Assembly: GCF_006345805.1 (NCBI RefSeq) | Contig: NC_043009.1 | Location: 55,056,001 to 55,120,000, forward strand | Direction of reading: 5' to 3' | Length of the DNA stretch: 64,000 bases | DNA from: Octopus sinensis | Lineage: Eukaryota | In this document: positions 53,501-59,880 of the stretch, in pieces | How the letters are laid out: each line of letters begins with the position of its first letter | Numbering within the stretch: position 1 is the first letter of the stretch | The notes under the pieces: generated by a model | Seen by the model: the letters and a program-made list of their open reading frames with translations, nothing else | What the model was told of the DNA's origin: nothing | Database searches by the model: none | Translations under genes and position numbers: made by a program

Positions 53501-55194
53501 ACGTTATTCTAGGTCGAGAGGGGACTTTGCACCAGCCACAGATCTGGTCAGTGGCTCTCAGCAGGTTGTCCCTTAGAAACGTCCAGCTGTCTTCTACCCC
53601 CTGTGATGCTCTATCCCCTTCTACTTCGTCAGAGGCTTCAAGTAATATGTCCCTAAATCTCGTCCCAGTGCATGCTTTAGGAAAGTGTCTTCTACCATAG
53701 CCTCTGGCCAACAAATGCCTTGTTAGTGAATTTGGATGAAGCCTGGTGTGTGTGTTTTTGTTTGTCCACACCCACCACTTTGGTAACTAGCAGTTTGGTA
53801 AAAGAGACAGATAAAATAAGACTTAAATAAGTACTGTGGTTTTTTTGGGGTTGTTTTTTTTTTTATCTTCAACTAAATTCTTCGAGCCACAGTCCAATGA
53901 CTGAAACAAGTAAAAGATATTCAGTAGTCGGGCACAGATTAGATCACTGTTGTATATCATGTGCTTCCCTATTCTTTTCAGTATTGTGTGGATCCCATTG
54001 TTGATGGTGTGATAATTCAGGTGTCATTCACCTTAAACTTGCCCACTTGTCTTCACTTTTACTCCAACTAACCAAGCCAACACTCCCAACCCCCATCTGA
54101 CAATCTATTTGGCATCAGACCAAGGTAGTGTCTTTATTCTGACTGAGAGTTTTCACAGCAAGCTAATCCTTTTCTTATTTTCAAAGATCTATTGGACCAA
54201 AAATAAAAATTGAATAGATAAAAACCGTAGCCATCGCAAGCAAGTAAGTATGACATGGTAGCAAGCATCGTGCTTTCACTACTTGTTTTTGGTAACCCTA
54301 TGTAGTGCCAAGCAGTCATAGACATTCTCGGCCCTCCAGCCCTTGTGCTAGTGGAATGTTGAGAATGCGACGGCAAGAGGGAGAGATGGCTGCACCAGCT
54401 CTCAGCTGGTACTCATTTTTTAAGTTGAGCAGACAGAAACAATTCAAAGTGAAACGCCTTGTTCAAGGATACAACTCGCTGCCCAGCCCTGAAATCAAAT
54501 GATCCTTATAATCATAAGCCCAACATGTTGTGACAGAACTTGCTCACCTTGTGGTTAAGGCCAAAATAATAACCAGAATATCATCGTTTAACGTCCGCTT
54601 TCCATGCTAGCATGGGTTGGACGGTTCAACTGGGGTCTGGGAAGCCCAAAGGCTGCACCAGGCCAGTCTGATCTGGCAGTGTTTCTACAGCTGGATGCCC
54701 TTTCTAATGCCAACCACTCCGTGAGTGTAGTGGGTGCTTTTTATGTGCCACCGACACAGGTGCCAGACGAGGCTGGTGAACGGCCACACTCGGATGGTGC
54801 TTTTTACGTGATAATTACAAATTTCCTATATGTATAATTCTGTGCTACCATACATTGAGCAAATTTTTCTTTTTGGGGTTTTCATGACAAGTCATTTTGG
54901 ATTATGCATATATAATACACCAGGTGTGAATATTTGGACTAACTTGAGGTTAAAGATAGTTTAATTGTGACAAATCAATGTCTGCTGAAAAATACATGCT
55001 ATTGTTAAAGCTTACTCTTTTGTCCTTAGTGGTTCATCATAGACCAGCTTTTGGTTCCTTTCTCACAGCTTTGTTGAAACTAAATTGATAATTCCTTCCA
55101 TTATTATTATTCATTTCAGGATTTTCATGTTTTGGCCAAGGCTCCACTAGTGGCTTTTCCTTTGGTTCCAATACTGCTGCTGTGAAACCTCTAG
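1523..55194 (+). CDS. NUP58: Nucleoporin p58/p45 (NUP58/NUPL1), spliced model, 3' end incomplete: join(1523-1527?,11679-11713,12726-13526,22835-22915,24196-24369,25197-25224,26608-26673,27864-28038,29318-29397,30222-30340,31651-31733,33177-33378,38733-38900,55120-55194), about 697 aa so far
   Basis: All introns are GT..AG and the phases chain without a break. The middle exons translate to [134 protein letters not shown]. This is recognisably colinear with the vertebrate Nup58 coiled-coil core (recognised from memory, no BLAST run) and has FG repeats on both sides. Confidence 0.92.
2062..2447 (-). mobile_element. SINE family A copy
   Basis: Colinear with 44278-44685. Further copies near 5640-6030, 33817-34225, 40134-40530, 58648-59020 and 62637-62995 (minus) and 13730, 15290, 16955, 23015, 24600, 26100, 39330, 39960, 49620, 53662 and 60053 (plus). 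Confidence 0.8.
4048..4360 (-). mobile_element. RTE 3'UTR fragment with about 2 internal repeat units
   Basis: High identity by eye to 50931-51200, (CAT)n tail on the + strand. Confidence 0.85.
5063..5283. mobile_element. piggyBac-like MITE, family 1
   Basis: TTAA|CCCTTTAG ... CTAAAGGG|TTAA. Related copies at 23495-23660, about 19290-19470, 21985-22190, 29995-30110, 36580-36670 and 48450-48630. Confidence 0.75.
6933..7434 (+). mobile_element. RTE 3'UTR fragment
   Basis: Matches the reverse complement of 50931-51400 and ends in (GAT)n. Confidence 0.85.
10838..10879. repeat. (TA)n microsatellite
   Basis: Direct reading. Similar tracts at about 1804-1835 (TC), 6803-6866 (TC/TA), 11407-11453, 37366-37411 (TA) and 22740-22792 (TCAC). 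Confidence 0.9.
11679..11713 (+). CDS. NUP58: NUP58 exon, 35 nt ([11 protein letters not shown])
   Basis: tttttatattttccag| acceptor, |gtaatt donor, FG-type peptide, phase 1 exit matches the next exon. Confidence 0.75.
12726..13526 (+). CDS. NUP58: NUP58 large N-terminal FG-repeat exon, 801 nt, 15 FG dipeptides
   Basis: tttttttgtag| acceptor; open frame [21 protein letters not shown]...[10 protein letters not shown]; G|gtttgt donor; phase 1-1. Confidence 0.9.
14950..16000 (-). mobile_element. Heavily decayed CR1/L2-type LINE RT remnant interrupted by a SINE
   Basis: Fragments [22 protein letters not shown] and [11 protein letters not shown] resemble Jockey-group RT motifs; many lesions. Confidence 0.5.
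16363..16600 (+). mobile_element. 5' end fragment of a mariner-like element
   Basis: tatgaggtgcgttcaaaaac resembles a mariner terminal repeat and is followed by a start-like MTKCIEQK; recognised by pattern only. Confidence 0.5.
18030..18550 (+). mobile_element. Internally deleted maT-type (DD37D) transposase remnant
   Basis: HTH-like [11 protein letters not shown] fused to [39 protein letters not shown]. There are 37 codons between D (18372) and D (18486). Confidence 0.8.
18703..19173. repeat. Compound (TA/TG)n microsatellite, about 470 bp
   Basis: Direct reading: mixed ATATGT/ATGT/AT units. Confidence 0.98.
22835..22915 (+). CDS. NUP58: NUP58 FG exon, 81 nt ([27 protein letters not shown])
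   Basis: ttttaattagcag| acceptor, |gtatgt donor, phase 1-1. Confidence 0.85.
23244..23417. repeat. Long inverted repeat (foldback), arms about 70-76 bp
   Basis: The arm at 23244-23319 is the near-perfect reverse complement of the arm at 23347-23417. Confidence 0.95.
24196..24369 (+). CDS. NUP58: NUP58 exon, 174 nt, ending ..[16 protein letters not shown]
   Basis: cttag| acceptor, |gtaagt donor; GLGGVD matches the GLGGID motif that precedes the Nup58 core. Confidence 0.9.
25197..25224 (+). CDS. NUP58: NUP58 small exon, 28 nt ([10 protein letters not shown])
   Basis: atttcacag| acceptor, |gtaagt donor; required to change phase from 1 to 2. Confidence 0.85.
26608..26673 (+). CDS. NUP58: NUP58 exon, 66 nt ([21 protein letters not shown])
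   Basis: ttttttaag| acceptor, |gtaagt donor; similar to vertebrate DSKALKDENLP; phase 2-2. Confidence 0.9.
27103..27730 (-). mobile_element. Cluster of three family B SINEs
   Basis: Three colinear matches to 59672-59880 in the same orientation. Confidence 0.75.
27864..28038 (+). CDS. NUP58: NUP58 coiled-coil exon, 175 nt
   Basis: tttttatag| acceptor, |gtatgt donor; [32 protein letters not shown]. Confidence 0.95.
28470..29010 (+). mobile_element. Older RTE fragment: ORF2 C-terminus plus 3'UTR
   Basis: Translates [29 protein letters not shown], then the same 3'UTR and (GAT)n tail. Confidence 0.85.
29318..29397 (+). CDS. NUP58: NUP58 exon, 80 nt ([26 protein letters not shown])
   Basis: gtttttcag| acceptor, |gtaagt donor, phase 0-2. 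Confidence 0.93.
30222..30340 (+). CDS. NUP58: NUP58 exon, 119 nt ([30 protein letters not shown])
   Basis: tttgtttctag| acceptor, |gttaat donor, phase 2-1. Confidence 0.93.
31651..31733 (+). CDS. NUP58: NUP58 exon, 83 nt ([28 protein letters not shown])
   Basis: ctatttcag| acceptor, |gtaagc donor, phase 1-0. Confidence 0.93.
31872..32121 (+). mobile_element. RTE 3'UTR fragment
   Basis: Same terminal sequence as the long copy. Confidence 0.85.
33177..33378 (+). CDS. NUP58: NUP58 exon, 202 nt ([32 protein letters not shown])
   Basis: attctgtag| acceptor, |gtaagt donor, phase 0-1. Confidence 0.95.
33817..34225 (-). mobile_element. SINE family A copy with expanded (CA)n(TA)n(CA)n core (34020-34113)
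   Basis: Colinear with the other family A copies. Confidence 0.8.
34660..35345 (-). mobile_element. Decayed Tc1 transposase (DD34E)
   Basis: Minus-strand translation [42 protein letters not shown]. Exactly 34 codons lie between D (34908-34910) and E (34803-34805). Stops are present. Confidence 0.85.
37924..38088 (-). mobile_element. RTE 3' terminal fragment
   Basis: catcatcatttaacatc..ggatgcccttcc..agtgtagtgggtgc. Confidence 0.8.
38733..38900 (+). CDS. NUP58: NUP58 C-terminal FG exon, 168 nt
   Basis: atgttttcag| acceptor, |gtatgt donor; FGTPF..LFGSTG..TFG..LFGNS; phase 1-1. Confidence 0.9.
42919..43346 (-). mobile_element. RTE 3'UTR fragment with about 3.6 tandem 67-bp units
   Basis: Units start at 43103, 43170, 43237 and 43304. 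Confidence 0.9.
44278..44685 (-). mobile_element. tRNA-type SINE, family A, well-preserved copy with internal (CA)/(TA) microsatellite
   Basis: Minus-strand head TGGCTGTGTGG (A-box-like) and GGTTCAGTCC (B-box-like); tail aatgactgaaacaagtaaaagag; many diverged copies in the window. Confidence 0.8.
48849..49058. mobile_element. piggyBac-like MITE, family 2
   Basis: TTAA|CCCTTT ... AAAGGG|TTAA. Related copies at about 4700-4920 and 6057-6345. Confidence 0.7.
50931..53661 (-). mobile_element. 5'-truncated RTE-clade non-LTR retrotransposon: ORF2 tether, RT, C-terminus and about 515-nt 3'UTR with (GAT)n tail; frameshifted
   Basis: ORF pieces give [59 protein letters not shown] (52391-52402), FRYLG, LYGSETW-like [24 protein letters not shown]; stop at 51445. 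No endonuclease domain is present. Confidence 0.95.
54581..54810 (-). mobile_element. RTE 3'UTR fragment
   Basis: Same terminal sequence, one internal unit. Confidence 0.85.
55120..55194 (+). CDS. NUP58: NUP58 C-terminal FG exon, 75 nt ([25 protein letters not shown])
   Basis: tcatttcag| acceptor, |gttagt donor, GFSFG motif, phase 1-1; follows a 16.2-kb intron. Confidence 0.75.
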
Positions 55195-56490
55195 GTTAGT
55201 GGGTGGTAAGGTTTCCTGGATCTTTCTCTATCTTTCCATTTCTTTCTCCTTCCCTCTTCCTTTCACTCACTCACTCACTCACACACCGACCCCCCCACCT
55301 CTGTCTCTCCCTCCTTCTCTCTTTCTCTCTGCCTTCCACTCGATTTTCTTTATTTTTAAACCACACCCGTCGGACAATCAATCAATAAGCTGTTTGATAG
55401 ATGGACCCTTCGTTGGAGCAATAAAATTTGATATCCAACAACATACCAGTATTCTTCAATGACAGCAAATTCACACATGTAAAATAAAAAAAAAAATAAT
55501 TTTATATACTGCTTATAAAAGAAACCAAAAAAAAAAACAACAACCAAGCTTTCAAGTCTGCTGTTTTCAATTTTGGCCTTAGGCTGTTTTTTTTCTTTTC
55601 CTTCAAACCTCATTGAATCATTAGTGCTGTGTAATGTAAACATTTCTTTACAAACAAGAACCAAATATATCTGCTTCAACAAAAAGAAACGTGTACGCTT
55701 TAACTTCATCTGCTGATACTAAGAGATAGGGGAAGCAAATAAAAATATAATCATGCTCTCGACTTCTTCCTATAACCTGTCAACAAGAGAAAGGCAAAAT
55801 ATTCTAGGCATTAGACGGTTACTGGTTTATATTTACGAAACCGTATTGATGAATATTTTTTTTTTTCTTCTTCCTTTTAATAAAAAATATTTGAAGAATC
55901 AAACATGTCCTATTTTCTCTGCATCCATTAATATCTAAAAGAAGAAGTAATTTGTCTTTCCTTTGTTGTGATGACGCTTAGAAATGTATTATTTCTGGTT
56001 GTTTGTCCCTGTAGTTTTTGCATTAGCTCCTGTTGTTGTTGTATATGTTGTCTGTGTTTGTATGTACATGTGTGCACCCATTCTATATTGCACATTTACA
56101 ACTATATTTCTCTGTGTCCACATTGCTGTAATTTTGAAGAATTTTTGATATGATCGTATGCAATTTGTGTGTGAATGTGTGTGTGTATTGAATGAAGGTA
56201 CATTTCATTTAATAAAAAGTTTCCTTTTCTTGACACAAATGTTGAACCAATTTGAAAATTTTATACACACACATATTAGTTTAACTAATCAGATATGAAA
56301 ATGGTGCTGTTGCAATAATATTTAGGTTTTGAAATAAATTTCAAAAGTACTTTTGAAATGAATTTTTGCAGAACAGTTTAAGATTTTTGGTTATTAGCCT
56401 GGGATACTTTCAGTAAAGTTACCAACATGATATTTAGCTGCTGATGATGATTTTTCCAAATCATTTCTTATATTATTAATTATTAACAAA

Positions 56491-56906
56491 CATCCGATCG
56501 TGGCCGTCCGCCAGCCTCATCTGGCACCTGTGTCGGTGGCACATAAAAACACCATCCGAGCGTGGCCGTCTGCCAGCCTCGTCTGGCACCTAGCTCATCT
56601 GGCACCTGTGTCGGTGGCACATAAAAACACCATCCGAGCGTGGCCGTCTGCCATCGTCTGGCACCTGTGTCAATAAAAACACCATCCGAGCGTGGCCGTT
56701 CGCCAGCCTCGTCTGGCACCTTGTCGGTGGCACATAAATCACACCCACTACACTCTCGGAGTGGTTGGCGTTAGAAGGGCATCCAGCTGTAGAAACACTG
56801 CCAGATCTGACTGGCCTGGTGCAGCCTTCGGGCTCAACCCCAGTTGAACCGTCCAACCCATGCTAGCATGAAAACGGACGCTAAATGATGATGATGATGA
56901 TGATGA
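56491..56906 (+). mobile_element. RTE 3'UTR fragment with about 4 internal units
   Basis: Repeated caccatccgagcgtggccg..ctggcacc units, then the conserved terminus and (GAT)n. Confidence 0.85.
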
Positions 56907-57067
56907 TATAAGTGTTAATTATATAAACAAATGTTGTGAAAAACAAGTTGTGTTAAATCCCCCGTATTTGTGAGGAGAGAATCCAATGATGCTTTAAACT
57001 AGTAGATATTGTTTTATCATATACTTGTACATAGATTCCTATCACTTTTTAAAGTTATCTCTCGCAT

Positions 57068-57146
57068 TTTCTATAAAAATTAGAGCAGCACTGAGAGTAT
57101 ACGAAACATTTGTAATTCTCAGTGCTGACTCTAGTTTCTGTTGAGA
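57068..57146. ncRNA. Candidate pre-miRNA-like hairpin (unverified)
   Basis: About 22-bp upper stem with a 9-nt loop, plus a 13-position lower stem; structure only, no expression evidence. Confidence 0.3.
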
Positions 57147-57423
57147 TAACTTTAAAAAGTGATTGAGTCACACTGCTAACATGGTATTGACTTATAAACC
57201 CTTCTATATACTTGATAGAATACTGTGGTTACATAACTAAATATGGTGTCCCTACCAGTGATTAATATGTGCCTACATATATTGATTGTGACAGTTGACA
57301 CCCCTCACTTTCATATCCTGACATTTAAAAATAATACTTGCATTCACTGTAGGAGGTGTAATTATCATTTAAGGAGAAAATCTAGAAGAAATGTGGCACA
57401 AATTCAATTTTTGGTGATATGAC

Positions 57424-57559
57424 ATCATCATCATCATTGTTTAATGTCCGTTCTCCATGCTAGCATGGGTTGGACGATTCGACCGTGGATCTGGGAAGCC
57501 AGAAGGCTGCACCAGGCTTCAGTCTGATCTGGCAGTGTTTCTACAGCTGGATGCCCTTA
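57424..57559 (-). mobile_element. RTE 3' terminal fragment
   Basis: catcatcatcattgtttaatgtccg..ctggatgccc. Confidence 0.8.
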
Positions 57560-57920
57560 ATAATATTAACAATAACAAATATTTCTTAGATTAGCACGTG
57601 GCTATAAATTTTCAAGAGTCAGTTGAATTGATCTCATTGTATAACTGTTCTCTATTCTCATCAGACATAAGGGTAAAGAAAACCAAAGCCATCTCCTACT
57701 GGAGTTGATAAGAAAGAGATCTAACTAAATCCTTATCATTTAATGTCCATTTTCAGTGCTGGCATAGGATGAACAGTTCAGCAGGAACTGGTGAGCCAGA
57801 GGTGTGCATCAAGACCTTCTGTCTGCTTTGGTATGGTTTCTTTGACTGGGTATCTTTCCTAACATCAACCACTTTACTGAGTGTATTGGGTGCTTTTTAT
57901 GTGGCACCAGCCCAGTGAGG

Positions 57921-59360
57921 TTGTATAACATTCAAGAGAATATAGCTACAAATTGATGTAAAAAAATATTTAAATAAATTTTTATATATTTGTGTAATAG
58001 TGAGGGCAACACCAGTTATTTCTCTGTAATAATATATATTAATTATATCAAAGTTGACAGCTTACTTTGAGTTCAACTCCTGGTTGAGTTGTCCACTATA
58101 CACACAAACGCACACACATTCTGTGTATGTGATGAAATTAAAATATAGCAGATACACTTGCAGCATACTAGATAACAAGGAACCTTCTACATGGTCACTA
58201 GAAATAACAGCCAAATCTCTTTTACATACCATATCTTAAATAAGGAAAGAACACGTTAGACAATGTAATTCTGGATACTCCTAAAAAGAAGTGATGGCCA
58301 CACACTGAAATCCTTTGAACCTGAGGCTAAAAGAATGATAATGAACTTTTTTTTTTCTTGCATTGGCCAAACATACCCTCATTTTCAGTGTGAACGTCTT
58401 GTTTACAAATAATATTTAATATTACTTATATAGTGCAATGTTATTTAGTGATTTCTCCTACATATCTTTATTAACTTTAAGGTTTTTCTTAATATAATGT
58501 GTAGCACAAAGCATCACATTAAGTGACTTCTGTTCACCCTAGTTGTTAATGTGTTTAAGTTTCACTTCAAATGCCTGATTCAGCCAAATCACCTCTGCAG
58601 TCCATTCAATTATATAATTGAGTTATCTTATTTGTCATTGGATTGTGCATCATGCTGGGGAACCATTTGAAGGGTTTTGTTGAATAGATTGACCGCAGTA
58701 CATATTTCCCTAAGTCTGGTACTTATTCTCTCAGTCTCTTTTGTTGAACTGCTAAGTGATGGGGACATAAACAAACCAACTCTGGTTGTCAAATAGTGAG
58801 AGAGACAAACACAATGACCCATTCTTAGATATGATAACAGTGGCATACATGGTGTTACATTTATTCCATGGTTCACAGGCTTCCACCACTCTTTCCATCT
58901 ACCAAATGCACTAACAAGGCATTGTTCAATTCAGTACCTATTGTAGCAGACACTTGCCCAAGGTGCTGCACAGTGGGACTGAACCCAAAACCATATGGTT
59001 GCAAAGTGAGCTTCTTACCAGCTAAACATTAAAATATTTCCTATCCTATACACTAACAGAGAAATTGAGAGAATGTAGTTGTCCATCAAAATTAATAATA
59101 TATCAGTTGCTTTTCATAATTCCATCAGGAAGTGAGGAAGATGTTCTGATAAAACGCCTCTGTTTATCATATTTTTTTTAATGCCATATAAGGCCAATTT
59201 GCTTTTACCTGGCACAGAAACCTATGTAACAGGTATGTATGAGTAGAAATGAGATTGTGTAACATTCAAGAGAATATAGCTACAAACTGATGTAAAAAAT
59301 ATTTAAATAAATTCTGATACATTTTTGTGTAATAGTGAAGGCAACACCAGTTATTTCTCT
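57921..59360 (+). repeat. About 105-bp dispersed direct duplication (57921-58025 and 59255-59360)
   Basis: taacattcaagagaatatagctacaaa..gcaacaccagttatttctct is present twice with few differences. Confidence 0.9.
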
Positions 59361-59367
59361 TTAATAT

Positions 59368-59645
59368 GTTTGTTCCTTCTCAAGCCATGCCTAGCTCATA
59401 AGGGCTGGTTTCCTGGTTTCCTTGGCGTATAGGTTCCCCGCCTGGACGGGATGCCAGTCCATCGCAGGTGAGCTACAAGATGCAGGAGGAAAGAGTGAGC
59501 AGAAGTTCGCCATTACCTTCTGCCGGAGCCATGTGGAGCTTAGGTGTTTCGCTCATAAATACACACATCGCCCAGTCAGAGATTCGAACCCGTGATCCCT
59601 CGACCGCTAGTCTGTTGCTCTAACTACTAGGCCATGTGCCTCCAC
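59368..59645 (-). mobile_element. tRNA-type SINE, family C, with 11-bp target-site duplication
   Basis: Minus-strand head TGGCCTAGTAGTTAG (A box) and GGTTCGAATC (B box); ctctttaatat at 59357-59367 and 59646-59656. Older relatives near 41990, 46180, 48655, 49310 and 54330. Confidence 0.85.
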
Positions 59646-59671
59646 CTCTTTAATATAGGATACAGTAAAAA

Positions 59672-59880
59672 GGCGGCAAACTGGCAGAATCATTAGCACA
59701 ATGGGCAGAATATTTAGCATTTTATCCGTCTATATGTTCTGAGTTCAAATTCCACCAAGGTCTACTTTGCCTTTTATCCTTCTGAGGTCGATAAAACAAG
59801 TACCAGTTGAATACTGGAGGTCAATGTAATCGACTTATCCCTTACCCAAAATTGCTGGCCTTGTGCCAAAATTTGAAACA
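59672..59880 (+). mobile_element. SINE family B (head ggcggc..ctggcagaatc.ttagca, B-box-like gagttcaaattcc)
   Basis: Related copies at about 7812-8015 (+), 27103-27730 (three, minus), 41624-41825 (minus) and 46960-47165 (minus). Confidence 0.8.

Noticed and set aside
59560-59645. tRNA-like sequence with A and B boxes
   Set aside because: It is the head of a TSD-flanked SINE and has no complete cloverleaf or acceptor stem; the same holds for the other SINE heads
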